Assembly: GCA_902475245.1 (NCBI GenBank)
Contig: CABRYP010000004.1
Location: 18,482 to 82,481, forward strand
Origin: an uncultured Collinsella sp.
Lineage (GTDB): Bacteria > Actinomycetota > Coriobacteriia > Coriobacteriales > Coriobacteriaceae
Length of the DNA stretch: 64,000 nucleotides
Reading direction: 5' to 3'
Position numbers and translations under genes: made by a program. The first letter of the stretch is position 1. Every line of letters begins with the position of its first letter. The notes under the pieces are model-generated. The model saw nothing but the letters and a program-made list of their open reading frames with translations, did not search any database and had not been told where the DNA came from. Positions 11,260-21,108 of the stretch are shown piece after piece.

Positions 11260-11433
11260 GCCTGCTGTCCATAGCTGCTAGTCCGCCCCGCCGTGCCCCA
11301 CAGCACAGCGGGGCTTTTGGTTCTAGGCGCGCTTGTCTTGTAGATACCGACGGCCTTTGCCCATCATAGGCTTTTGCGCGGGTAGAATGCATGGATAACT
11401 TGATGCTTGCAGGCGACGGAAAGGAAACGTTGC

Positions 11434-12393
11434 ATGGACCAGGACAAGACGACCGTGATGGGCGGATATGGCTCCCCGCGGACGGGCAATGGCGCCGATG
11501 AGACCCGCGTCGTGCCGAATCCCGGCTACGCTGCTCCCGATATGACGCAGGCGTCGGCCGAACCCACACGAGTTATGGGCCATGGCGATACACCGCGGGA
11601 TCCGTTTGATTATGCACCGCAGGACCCGTATGGCAATGCGGCGACAGATGCTTATAACAACCTGCCGCAAAATCCCATTCTGCAGCCTCAGCAGACGACG
11701 TATATGCCGCGCACGGCACAGACCCAGCCTCGTTATGAGTCGCGCGATCCGTATGCGCGCCAGCCTTATCGCGAGTATCCCAAATCGATTCCGCAGTATG
11801 GTGAGGACGAGGAAAAGGCGCCGTCGCGTTCGTCGAGCGTGATCAAGAAGATCCTCATTGTGTTGGCGATCTTCTTTGCGCTCTCGGTTGTGTTTGCCAT
11901 CGTGTCGGGCATGCTCAACAAGCGAGGTGCTGCAACCAGCACGACGGCCGAGCAGACAGAGGTCGCCCAGGCGGGTGCAGTAGAGCTGGGCGATATCCCG
12001 GGGCAGTACTGGTCCAACGCCAAAAAGCTCCTCAAGTCGCGCGGCGCCGATCTTTCGAATGCCGTGGTCCTGACTGATGATGGCTCAACGCCCGTCGTCG
12101 ATGCCAACTGGGTCGTCACATCTGCCTACTATAACGACAACGGTAACCTTGAAATTCAACTCACGCACAAGAACAGCTCGGGCAACTCGTCCGACGGCCA
12201 AAGCGGCACCGACAGCTCGAGCTCCAACATGCTGGAGGACCTGAGCAACAAGGCGCAGGAATTGGGAGACAAGGCGCAAGAGCTGGGCGATACGACACAA
12301 AACCTGGGCGATACCGCGCAGAACTTGGGAGACATGGCGACAAGTGCCTGGAACGCCCTACAAAACGGCATTTTGGGTGCACAGGGAAACTAG
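11434..12393 (+). CDS. Hypothetical single-pass membrane protein (Pro/Gln/Tyr-rich N-terminus, possible PASTA-like extracellular region)
   Basis: GGAAAGGA RBS; TM 'ILIVLAIFFALSVVFAIVSGML'; C-terminal 7-aa repeats. Confidence 0.7.
   Translation: MDQDKTTVMGGYGSPRTGNGADETRVVPNPGYAAPDMTQASAEPTRVMGHGDTPRDPFDYAPQDPYGNAATDAYNNLPQNPILQPQQTTYMPRTAQTQPRYESRDPYARQPYREYPKSIPQYGEDEEKAPSRSSSVIKKILIVLAIFFALSVVFAIVSGMLNKRGAATSTTAEQTEVAQAGAVELGDIPGQYWSNAKKLLKSRGADLSNAVVLTDDGSTPVVDANWVVTSAYYNDNGNLEIQLTHKNSSGNSSDGQSGTDSSSSNMLEDLSNKAQELGDKAQELGDTTQNLGDTAQNLGDMATSAWNALQNGILGAQGN
12250..12333 (+). repeat. Four 21-bp in-frame tandem repeats (KAQELGD x2, TTQNLGD, TAQNLGD)
   Basis: Directly visible in DNA and protein. 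Confidence 0.85.
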
Positions 12394-12411
12394 CGGCCGA
12401 GCGGAGCGGGG

Positions 12412-13593
12412 CTACAGCTGCTCGGCCGGACGGTCGGGCGAACTAAAGCCCGAGTCAAACGTGACGACGCATGACGCATCGGGTCGGCGCTCGTGCACGA
12501 TGCGCGTGACGAGCTCCAGCAGCTCCTCGTCGGATATGTCAAAGTCGTCGGGACGCACCAGGTCAAATGACACAAAGCCATCGTGTTCGTGAAGGTCGTG
12601 GATGGAAAGCGCGGGGTCAATCTGCGCTACGCCGCGCTTGACCCAGCCGCGCAGGTCGTCGCCGGTGGTGGCGATGGGGTCGCAGTGTAGCGTGATATCG
12701 ATGCCCATCTGGTGCTTGATATCGTGCTCGATGGTGTCCAGAATCTCGTGGTGCTCAAACGCATCGCCCTCGCCGGGCATCTCCACGTGGGCGCTGGCAA
12801 ACTGGCGGCCGGGACCGTAGTCGTGCACCATGAGGTCGTGCGTGCCTAGGACCTGCGGATACGACATGATCCTATCGCGGATTTCCTGGACGAGCTTGGG
12901 GTCGGGCGCCTGTCCTAGCAGTGGGCTGATGGCGTCGCGCACCAGGCCCAGGCCGCTGATGCAGATGAAGATGCCCACGCCCAGGCCCGCCCAGCCGTCG
13001 AGGTCAAAGCCGGTCGTTTGCGAAATAAGCGCCGCCACCAAGACCGAGCCCGAGGTGATGACGTCGTTTTTGGAGTCCTGCGCCGTGGCGATGAGCGTCT
13101 CCGAGTCGATGCGGTCGCCAAGCGTGTGGTTGAACGCGGCCATCCAGAGCTTAACGAGCATGGATGTAGCCAGTGCCGCAAGGGAAACGAGCGTGTAGTC
13201 GGTGGGGGAGGGCTTGATGATCTTGGTAACGGACTCGAGCACCAGGTTGATGCCGACGGCACAAACGAGGACGGCGACAAACAGGCCGGCGAGGTATTCG
13301 TAGCGGCCGTGGCCATAGGGGTGGCCTTCGTCTGCCGGGCGGCTGGCAAGGCGGAACCCGAGCAGACTCACGATGTTGCTCGAGGCGTCTGAGAGGTTGT
13401 TGAAGGCGTCGGCGATGAGCGAGACAGAGCCGGCGAGCAGGCCCGCGATGCCCTTGGCTAGGCACAGGGCAATGTTGAGGCCAATACAGATGAGGCTTGC
13501 GGCAAAGCCCGCGTTGGTGCGGGCGCCGGCATCGACCGGCTCGCCCTCGCCGCCGGGAACAAGTTTATGTACCAGCCTATTTACAAATAGCAT
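12412..13593 (-). CDS. Cation diffusion facilitator (CDF) metal transporter
   Basis: 'SVSLIADAFNNLSD', 'PAD.GHPYGHGRYE', 'DSKND', 'HDLMVHDYGPG'. Confidence 0.93.
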   Translation of the reverse strand: MLFVNRLVHKLVPGGEGEPVDAGARTNAGFAASLICIGLNIALCLAKGIAGLLAGSVSLIADAFNNLSDASSNIVSLLGFRLASRPADEGHPYGHGRYEYLAGLFVAVLVCAVGINLVLESVTKIIKPSPTDYTLVSLAALATSMLVKLWMAAFNHTLGDRIDSETLIATAQDSKNDVITSGSVLVAALISQTTGFDLDGWAGLGVGIFICISGLGLVRDAISPLLGQAPDPKLVQEIRDRIMSYPQVLGTHDLMVHDYGPGRQFASAHVEMPGEGDAFEHHEILDTIEHDIKHQMGIDITLHCDPIATTGDDLRGWVKRGVAQIDPALSIHDLHEHDGFVSFDLVRPDDFDISDEELLELVTRIVHERRPDASCVVTFDSGFSSPDRPAEQL

Positions 13594-13811
13594 GGCGATC
13601 GTCCTCACAATCATGGTTAAGGGGATAGTGTAGCTCGCATGGGCGTACCGTGCGCCGATGCTCAGAAAATGCAGCAATAGTCTGCCGGTGCTAACGAGCG
13701 AACCTTCTCGTCTGCTTGGGTGCTCCATTTTGGGCCACATGGGTATGGGCATGTGCCTGTCTGCCCGACATACTTAATGTCGACAGCCCCTGTGCAAAGG
13801 AGGACGTATCC

Positions 13812-15149
13812 ATGGACGAGATGTTTGCCATTAAATGCCAAAACTGCGGCGGCCCTATGTACTCACACCAGGCTAAACGCAGCTTTGAGTGCGCCTATTG
13901 CGGCACGGTCGTTCCGTGGCAGGCCGATGCGGGGGAGCCCAAGAGCGCCCTGGGCATTCGCCATACGCCGCTGACGGTTGTCGATGGGCTGCTTAAGCTC
14001 ACTCATGTGTCGCAGCTCGAACGCCCGGAGGACCCGGACTGGTATTTCTTCAATTCGCATTGGCGCAACCAGTCGGTTTTGGAGCATCTGCTGTGGGAAG
14101 ACCGCGGTACGGCTCAGGAGTTCCAAGAAGCCGCGCACGTGAGCATTCCCTGCCCCTTCTGCGGCGCGTCCTTTGAGGGGTCATCGACCCAGCGCGTGTT
14201 TGAGTGCCCGTCCTGCGGCAATAAGATCGGCGTTGCCGACCTGCTCAAGCCCGGTACCTTTAGCAAGCGTCTGACCATGGGCGTTGGTGCAGAGTATGTA
14301 CCTGAGCAGGGCATTCCCCGTGAAATCTCGCCGCAGCAGGCGCGTGCCAACGCGCTGCAGCTGGTGCGCCAGTACCCGGAGGTCTTTGCCGGGCACGACG
14401 TGGAAGACGCAATCCAAAATGACATGATGCTCTTCTATTTCCCCATGGCGCTGGCGGATCTGCGCATGATGGCGTCCTTCCCGGGCAAGGGCCTGAGCAA
14501 GGAGACCCTGGTGTACTACGAGGTGCTCGACTGGGCGTATCCCAGGGCAAACTATCTGGATGTTCGCCTTATGGGCATTTTGGAGCCGTGGGACTTTGGC
14601 AAGGTGGGGCCGTTCGATCCCGCTATGCAGGAAGGTGACTTCCGCGTTGTCTCCGTCGATGCGTCCACCAAGGACCAGGTGGTCATTGATAAGCTGGCGC
14701 TCGACATTGCCGGCAACGATGCCGAGGCGGTGCTGGGGCTCAATAAAAAGAGCATCCGAACCTGGGCGCGCAAGGCCCGCAAGCATAAGGACGGCCTGGT
14801 GATGGTACCGGTCTACTTTGTCGACCGTCCCGCGTCGGACGGGCGCGATGGCGAGCAGGTGCGCATTGCCGTAAACGGCCAGACGGGCCGCGCGGCCGCG
14901 GTGGTGTTTAGCGACAAGCGCGAGACGCATATCGTGGCGCCGCTCAACCCGAGCCTGCATCTGTCCGGTGAAAGCACTGTGCATGCCACGCCCATCGAGG
15001 TCAAATACGTTAAATCGCCGTTCCTGTACCAGATTGTACGTAAGGGAGGCGGCGAGCAGCCGCGCCAGGTGGCAGCCGCCGTCGAGGGTTCCTGCCGAGA
15101 GGAGAAGCCCAAACGCAAGGGCTTGCTCGCTGCGATCTTTGGGAAGTAG
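13812..15149 (+). CDS. Hypothetical protein with two zinc-ribbon (CxxC-x14-CxxC) modules
   Basis: 'CQNCGG...CAYCG' and 'CPFCGA...CPSCG'; AGGAGG RBS; C-terminal 'VNGQTGR' motif. Confidence 0.75.
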   Translation: MDEMFAIKCQNCGGPMYSHQAKRSFECAYCGTVVPWQADAGEPKSALGIRHTPLTVVDGLLKLTHVSQLERPEDPDWYFFNSHWRNQSVLEHLLWEDRGTAQEFQEAAHVSIPCPFCGASFEGSSTQRVFECPSCGNKIGVADLLKPGTFSKRLTMGVGAEYVPEQGIPREISPQQARANALQLVRQYPEVFAGHDVEDAIQNDMMLFYFPMALADLRMMASFPGKGLSKETLVYYEVLDWAYPRANYLDVRLMGILEPWDFGKVGPFDPAMQEGDFRVVSVDASTKDQVVIDKLALDIAGNDAEAVLGLNKKSIRTWARKARKHKDGLVMVPVYFVDRPASDGRDGEQVRIAVNGQTGRAAAVVFSDKRETHIVAPLNPSLHLSGESTVHATPIEVKYVKSPFLYQIVRKGGGEQPRQVAAAVEGSCREEKPKRKGLLAAIFGK

Positions 15150-15302
15150 GGGAGTAGTGCCGGTCGGCGCTGCGATCCGATAGCTAGAGGAACGGGGCAG
15201 CTCGCAGGAGTGCGGACTGTCGTCTGATTGTTTGAGGGTGCCAGATGTAAATAATCGGTGGAGCGGCTGCAAAAGAGCCGTCTCGCTGGGTAAAATCAGG
15301 AT

Positions 15303-15397
15303 GTGCCGCGGAACCCGCTCCTCAGCTAGTCACACTTCGGAAGCGCGGGCAACGCAGGTATTATCGTCTAAAGGGCCGGCTGCAACCGGCCCTTTTT
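15303..15397 (+). ncRNA. Candidate small RNA, possibly abiF-like antitoxin RNA
   Basis: TAAAAT -10 at 15291; bulged stem CCCGC-TCC..GGA-agc-GCGGG; strong terminator AAAGGGCCGG..CCGGCCCTTTTT; followed by an Abi-like remnant. Family assignment is by recollection only. Confidence 0.35.
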
Positions 15398-15520
15398 ATG
15401 ACTCCCTTCGCTATCCGTTACTGCTTATATTCCCGCCAGATCGAGTAGAGGTTCCGGGCAATGCCGGTCACATACATCGAGAGGCGCAGGATTTCAAGAA
15501 ACAAGTTCATAGGCTTCACC
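15398..15520 (+). pseudogene. Possible decayed Abi_2/AbiF-family N-terminal fragment
   Basis: Across a stop and a frameshift reads 'YSRQIE*RFRAMPVTYIE / AQDFKKQVHRL', resembling the Abi N-terminal pattern QIELLxSRGM...AxxFLxxVxYYRL. Confidence 0.35.
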
Positions 15521-15653
15521 CCAATCGGAGATCGGAGCGTTGCCCGCAGGCGGATTCCGCGGCAGTCAAGATTTTACCTCACAGGCCGCGGTGGGAGACA
15601 TCCTGCCCATTCCATGGTTTGGAACAGTGTCGATCTAACGGGCAATCAAACCC

Positions 15654-15875
15654 CTAGCACTCTTTGAATTGAGCAAGCATCTGCCCGAAGAAGCTTAGTT
15701 CGGATGGCTCATAAATGAGCGAGCCGCCATCTTCGGTCCGGTAGACCCCGCAGGGGAGGTAGCGCCCGTCGGGGAGGACATAGAGGTTGGCTTCTTCCTT
15801 CAGTCCTGCTGGAAATAGCGGAATCCCGTTTTCGTCCACTTGGAACTCGTCTATATTTGCGGTCTCTCTTTCCAT
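15654..15875 (-). CDS. Small acidic hypothetical protein (73 aa)
   Basis: AGGAG RBS; co-oriented with upstream ADP-ribosylglycohydrolase. Confidence 0.7.
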   Translation of the reverse strand: MERETANIDEFQVDENGIPLFPAGLKEEANLYVLPDGRYLPCGVYRTEDGGSLIYEPSELSFFGQMLAQFKEC

Positions 15876-15910
15876 GGTGTCTCCTGGTCAGTTTCTATCG
15901 TAAGTGTGTC

Positions 15911-16699
15911 CTAAAACAGGCAGCTCTCAATCAGCTCTTTTCCGCGCAGGGTGTCGATCCATTCCTGCGGGATGGCGTCGATGCCGTATGCCGTGCCGGC
16001 GAGCGCGCCTGCGACGGCTGCGGTGGTGTCGGTGTCGTCGCCCAGATTGACGGCGGCAAGCACGCAATCTTCGTAGCTGTTAGTGTTGACGAAGCACCAG
16101 GTGGCTGCCTTAAGGGTGTCGCGCACGAAGCCGCCAGACCTGATTCCACGCTCGGGCACGTCTTTCAGCTGGAGCACCCATGAGGGAAGCGCGCCGTTCA
16201 TCACGCTCCTTATCAGCTCGACAAATATGACGCATGCGTCGGTCGACGTTCTGTGGGCGTGCGTAATCGCGGAGACCTTGCTGACATCATCGTCTGTCGC
16301 ATCGGTGAACGCCAGGGGAGCGATGCGCATGAGCGATCCGTTGCCGTTGTCGCGCTCGCCGGAGCCTCCTTTGCCGGTACGCAAGGCGCGGGCGGTCGTG
16401 CCGCCGTAATCGAAAACGCCGTCGATCGTATACTCCCCACGGGCAATCCAACTTACAAACTTGTCGCGCATGTCTGAGGCGTCGATATGCCCGAGCTCTC
16501 TAATCGAGTCGCAGGTAGCAAGCGTCATAGATGTGTCGTCGCTCCAGGTGCCGGCGGGTTGCCCATGCGTGCCGTAGCCGATCATGTCGGTGCATTCGAA
16601 CGTGCCACGAGGCCTGAACTCGTAAGGAACGCCCAGCGCGTCGCCGACGGCAAGCCCATAGATACAGTCGCGCAGTGTTGTTTTCGGTCTGTCTGTCAT
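15911..16699 (-). CDS. ADP-ribosylglycohydrolase (DraG/ARH family)
   Basis: 'GLAVGDALGVPYEF', 'WSDDT', 'GNGSLMR', 'GDDTDT'. Confidence 0.93.
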   Translation of the reverse strand: MTDRPKTTLRDCIYGLAVGDALGVPYEFRPRGTFECTDMIGYGTHGQPAGTWSDDTSMTLATCDSIRELGHIDASDMRDKFVSWIARGEYTIDGVFDYGGTTARALRTGKGGSGERDNGNGSLMRIAPLAFTDATDDDVSKVSAITHAHRTSTDACVIFVELIRSVMNGALPSWVLQLKDVPERGIRSGGFVRDTLKAATWCFVNTNSYEDCVLAAVNLGDDTDTTAAVAGALAGTAYGIDAIPQEWIDTLRGKELIESCLF

Positions 16700-16761
16700 G
16701 GAAAGCTCCTCTTTCCCGGGTGATGTGGAGCGCCATCGGGGGTATCGGTCGCAACGTGCTG

Positions 16762-17814
16762 CTACCCTTGCGCTTCGCCATTAGTCGCTTCGTTGATGGC
16801 GCGGTACTCGGCACTCAGCTCGCGCGCCAGCTCTTCCTTGCTTGGAAGATACGGCAGGTATTTGGCGGCAAACACTTGGTCGTTGTCTTCGGGCAGCGTG
16901 TACTCGACAATCGAGTCGCTTTTGTCCGCGCAGAGCACGATGCCTATGGGCGGATTGTCGCCTTCGTTCATGAGCTCGCGCGTGTAGTAGTTCACATACA
17001 TTTGCATCTGGCCCAGGTCCTGATGCGTGAGGTCATCGGTCTTAAGGTCGATGAGCACGAAGCAGCGCATCAGATAGTTGTAAAACACAAGGTCAATATA
17101 GAAATGGCGCCCATCAAAGGTGATGCGCTTTTGGCGCGCCTCGAAAGCGAAACCACGGCCAAGCTCCAGCAGGAACTTCTGAAGATGCGTGATGAGCGCC
17201 TGCTCTAGATCGCTCTCGCGAAACGCAGCATCGTCCGAGAAACCTAAAAACTCCAGTACATATGGGTCGCGGATGATATCCTCGGGGCGACGAGCCAGGG
17301 CGCTCTTTTGGATTTCCTGGGTGACGGCCTCCTTGTCCTTGCTGGCAAGCAGGCGCTCGCGGAACATGGTGTTGATTTGGCGCTCGAGCTGACGCGTGCT
17401 CCAACGAGAATCGGCGCATTCGTTCATGTACCAGGTGCGAGCATCAGGGTCGGGAATGCGCATCAACCTGCGGTAATGAGTCCAGCTCAATTCGCTACGC
17501 AGTGCGTCGCGAATTGGAAACGCAAGAAAGAACTGACGCATATTGCGAAGGTTTGCGATGCCAAAGCCTCTTCCAAAATCCGCGGTAAGCCTTCTGGAGA
17601 GGCCTGCAATCAATGCCTCTCCATATGCTGCGCGCTCCTCTCCGCCCTGCTCATCAACAATGCTCTTGCCGATCTCCCAATATGCCTCAACCATCGCAAA
17701 GTTAACGGCGGTATAGGCCTTGTCGCGAGCGGCGTTGAGAATCGAGGAGACCTGCTTGTAAAAAACTTCTGGCACGATTGCCGATTCTCCACGGTTTGCC
17801 AGTTCGCCCATCAC
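16762..17814 (-). CDS. YhcG/DUF1016 family PDDEXK nuclease-domain protein
   Basis: 'YWEIGK.I', 'LSWTHY', 'RDPYVLEFLG', 'FLLELGRGFAF', 'IDLVFY', 'GQMQMYVNY'. Confidence 0.92.
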   Translation of the reverse strand: MMGELANRGESAIVPEVFYKQVSSILNAARDKAYTAVNFAMVEAYWEIGKSIVDEQGGEERAAYGEALIAGLSRRLTADFGRGFGIANLRNMRQFFLAFPIRDALRSELSWTHYRRLMRIPDPDARTWYMNECADSRWSTRQLERQINTMFRERLLASKDKEAVTQEIQKSALARRPEDIIRDPYVLEFLGFSDDAAFRESDLEQALITHLQKFLLELGRGFAFEARQKRITFDGRHFYIDLVFYNYLMRCFVLIDLKTDDLTHQDLGQMQMYVNYYTRELMNEGDNPPIGIVLCADKSDSIVEYTLPEDNDQVFAAKYLPYLPSKEELARELSAEYRAINEATNGEAQG

Positions 17815-17971
17815 TGTCGCCCCACTTTCCTTTTGTGGAATGCATCTTTATCGCATTTAGTTTAAAGCCTCGCGCGGACACAAATTGCTGTGCTGTCTGG
17901 CACCTTCGCATGGGAGCCTTGCGGTGGCTAAAATGTGGTCATAGAGATGGTTTTATCGAACTCCATGGGGG

Positions 17972-18250
17972 GTGGCGCGCGTGGATAACAACACGTTGCT
18001 GTTTCACGATAAGGGTGCCGGCGTTTTCAAGGGAATAAGCATCTATCCCAATCGTATCGAGGCGGTCGTGAAGAACAACTTCTTCGGTACCCATACCAAG
18101 ATCGTCTACCTCAAGGACATTACGGGTGTCGACAGGGTCAAGGGTAAGCGCGTGTTCCTCCGTAATAGGTTGCTTACCGACTGTTCCTACAGGCTGAGCA
18201 GTCACTCCCAGGCCAAGGAGTTTGTGAACGCGCTGAACATGGTGATGTAG
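17972..18250 (+). CDS. Small hypothetical protein (possible PH-like fold)
   Basis: 92-aa ORF with coding-like codon use; terminator follows. Confidence 0.55.
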   Translation: MARVDNNTLLFHDKGAGVFKGISIYPNRIEAVVKNNFFGTHTKIVYLKDITGVDRVKGKRVFLRNRLLTDCSYRLSSHSQAKEFVNALNMVM

Positions 18251-18282
18251 CCTATGGTGGCGTTCGGACCAAGGTAAAAATC

Positions 18283-18311
18283 AGGGGCGCAGAACGGTGT
18301 TCTGCGCCCCT
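18283..18311. terminator. Hairpin between convergent genes
   Basis: AGGGGCGCAGAAC-ggt-GTTCTGCGCCCCT. Confidence 0.65.
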
Positions 18312-18344
18312 CATCGAGTTGATGCGCCCAAAAGGCCGGCTGGC

Positions 18345-20804
18345 CTATTCGCTAGCGCCTTCGTCACTTTCATGGTCGTTGGCAAGCATTGCCGCGCCGA
18401 CGGCTGTTGTCGCCACGGCGGCAGCGGCGAGCCCGGCGGCGATGCCGGAGCCGTCGCCCGTGTCGGCGAGTTTTCCGCCCGAGCCCTTGCTCTTGTTGCC
18501 CTTGCCGTTCTTGTCGGCGCTGCCCGCGTTGGCGCCAGTGCCGGTGCCGCCCGCGTTGCCCGAGGCTGCAACGGTAAAGCTTGCGGCTCCGTCGCTGGCG
18601 AGTGTGTAGTTTTGTGCCGCGTCGCCCAAAAGGCCTTTCGCGCGCACCCAGTACGTCCCTGCGGCAAATGTTTCGCCCTCGGCCATTGCCGTGCCCGGAG
18701 CGCCGTCCGCGTCGTGCACAAACTCGAGCTGGGCCGTGCAGGCATCGGTTTCGAGCTTGCCCTCGAGTGATGCCGCAATCTTGGCGCGCACGTCTTCGCC
18801 GGCCTTAAGGCCTTCGAGTCCCTCAAAATGGGGCGTCAGCGCGCGTGGATCGATATCGATGGGCACAGAGCCCTGCAGCCCCGTAGCGGTCTCGTTACCC
18901 AGGGCGTCGACATCCACATATTCGATGGTAAACGCATAGCCCGAAGCCGCCACGTTGAGTACGTTGCTGCTGTCGACAAGGCGGAAATGACCCTCGCCAA
19001 CGGTCTTGCCATCCTGGAATGAGGCATCGCTCAGCGAGTCGCCGTACGTCATGCGCATGCGGGTCGGGAGGTAGTACGAAACGGTCTGCTTGTGCTTCGC
19101 ATCGTAATTGCGCTGGTAGATGCTTCGGGCCAGTGCCGCATCAACAAAGTCGGACGCAATGATGCCAATGTGCTTGAGGCAGTCCTCCTTTGTGCTCTCA
19201 TTTCCGGTGCTGTTTATATACTGGCTCTTGTATAGATGCTCGTTGACCACTCGTGCTGCGGTAAAAGGATTGCTTCCTTGTTTGTAGTTCGTGCAGCTGG
19301 TGTAGTTGATACACCAGCTATGCTCCAGGACCTTTACCTTGGCCCCGTCAGTGTCCTCGACGTCCACCATGATGCGGGCGAGCTTGGTTGTCTCCTGCAG
19401 CGCCATATCGACCCAGCCGATTTTGTCGGTTCCTGTGCATTCGTAATGGTCCTGGGCGTATACCTTGGTGCAATAGGGCTCTTCGTCACCCGTTTTCCCC
19501 ACGGCTTCAAAGCCCCGCTCGTCTCGAACGAGACACATAGAGGTGCTGTCGGTGTGTGCTGCGATTTTGTCGTCCCATTGGGTGAGGTCGAGGCCCCATG
19601 TGTGGCTGCTTACGCTGTTGCCGGCGAGCCCAAACCGACGCAGCAGGACGATCTTTCCGCGCACCTCGCCCAGCGTGGGGATACGGCTCGATGTGTAGAA
19701 CAGGTTGGGGTTCTCATCAAAAACCTTGCCCAAGGCCGTCGTGAGGCTTTCGTCGGTAGCCTCGTCATTGCCCCGCGACACGAGCATGATGAGCGCTTCT
19801 GTCGGGTTTTCGCTCAAAAACGTATTGAAGTACCCGATGACATCGGAGAGATGCATAAAGTTCCCGTCTTTTTTGAGCAGGTAACAAGCTCCGTGGTCGA
19901 TGCCGGGGTTCTCACCCTTTCCGAGTCGAATATCAAAATAGCGAACGCCTTCGAGCAGCTGCGTGGGGATGTAATCCTGCTGGCATTTTGCTTGGGAGGA
20001 TTGGGGCTCGGTGTCGTTGTCGACGCTGCAGGTGCCCGAATCGTGCGTGCCCGGGATACTCAGTTCGTCGAGGAACTTGTTGCCATCGACGTAGCTCATC
20101 CAACATGGTCCGTCGACGTAGCTGCTATACGTGATCCAGTCGATGCTGCTAACTGTGGCGTTGGTCTTGTCCATGCTGTAGCCGACAAGCTCGAGCTCCC
20201 ACGGAATGCTCTTCCTCTTGTGGCAGATCTTGTTGTTGTCTTGGTCTTTGCCGTCCTTTTCTATGGCCAGGTAATTAATGTCTTTTTCCTCGTTTGTGCG
20301 GTCTCGGATGATGTAGGTTCCGTTTAGCTGGCGGTCGAACGCAAAAGAGCGGCTGGCCTTGCCGTCATGCTCGCCACTCCATACGTGGATGACCTTTCCA
20401 TCTTTGTCCGAGTCGCCATCGACCGACCAAATGCTGTAGCCCGTCTTCTTGTGCTCTTCGAAATTGAGCAGGGTGCGGATGGCATACCAATTTGTATTTT
20501 TTGTATCGGTCACTACGTGCTCAAGGATGAGCTTGCTGGACGTGCCGTCATTAAAAAGGTGGCAGACGTTGCCCTTGATGTTGCCGTCTTGGTTGACGCT
20601 TGCGGTACGAAAATAGCCCGCGGGGCGAAGGCGAATGACGAACTTGTCGAGGCTGACCGACGCTGTGGCAGCGTCGTCTGCAAATGCCGCTCGCAGGGGA
20701 ATACCCAGCGTCGCGGTTTCGGGCAGGCTTGCAAGCGGCGACAACGCCGCAAGTCCTAGGCCCAACGTAAACGCTCGGCGACTGATGGCGTGGTGTTCGG
20801 TCAT
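18345..20804 (-). CDS. Surface phosphatidylinositol-specific phospholipase C (PI-PLC X domain) with Tat signal and LAxTG sorting motif
   Basis: 'SRRAF' twin-arginine leader; 'LSIPGTHDSG', 'QLLEGVRYFDIR', 'IDHG', 'PTLGEVRGKIVLLRRF'; C-terminal 'LADTGD' + hydrophobic segment. Confidence 0.85.
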   Translation of the reverse strand: MTEHHAISRRAFTLGLGLAALSPLASLPETATLGIPLRAAFADDAATASVSLDKFVIRLRPAGYFRTASVNQDGNIKGNVCHLFNDGTSSKLILEHVVTDTKNTNWYAIRTLLNFEEHKKTGYSIWSVDGDSDKDGKVIHVWSGEHDGKASRSFAFDRQLNGTYIIRDRTNEEKDINYLAIEKDGKDQDNNKICHKRKSIPWELELVGYSMDKTNATVSSIDWITYSSYVDGPCWMSYVDGNKFLDELSIPGTHDSGTCSVDNDTEPQSSQAKCQQDYIPTQLLEGVRYFDIRLGKGENPGIDHGACYLLKKDGNFMHLSDVIGYFNTFLSENPTEALIMLVSRGNDEATDESLTTALGKVFDENPNLFYTSSRIPTLGEVRGKIVLLRRFGLAGNSVSSHTWGLDLTQWDDKIAAHTDSTSMCLVRDERGFEAVGKTGDEEPYCTKVYAQDHYECTGTDKIGWVDMALQETTKLARIMVDVEDTDGAKVKVLEHSWCINYTSCTNYKQGSNPFTAARVVNEHLYKSQYINSTGNESTKEDCLKHIGIIASDFVDAALARSIYQRNYDAKHKQTVSYYLPTRMRMTYGDSLSDASFQDGKTVGEGHFRLVDSSNVLNVAASGYAFTIEYVDVDALGNETATGLQGSVPIDIDPRALTPHFEGLEGLKAGEDVRAKIAASLEGKLETDACTAQLEFVHDADGAPGTAMAEGETFAAGTYWVRAKGLLGDAAQNYTLASDGAASFTVAASGNAGGTGTGANAGSADKNGKGNKSKGSGGKLADTGDGSGIAAGLAAAAVATTAVGAAMLANDHESDEGASE

Positions 20805-21108
20805 AACTCCTCCATTCGCAGGGTGCGGTTATGCACTCGTTTGGGTCACTATACTGCCCAGATGTCTAAACGTGTTGGCTTAATTGTCTGCGCGGCGCTA
20901 TAAATCGGCGGGCGGACGCGTTGGGGCGCTTGTCTATTTGTGCTGCTACCGCGCTGGGGGTGGTTTTGCCGCCCGGCACCCTCGCGTTCGCCGGCTATCG
21001 GCATAAGAAAGGGAGGGCCGGCGAGCCGATCCTCCCTTGGTGCGAAGCGCTGGGGTATCGTCGCTTGTTTGCACTGTGCCTGTGTTTCCCGCTGCGCTCG
21101 CCAGTCGC

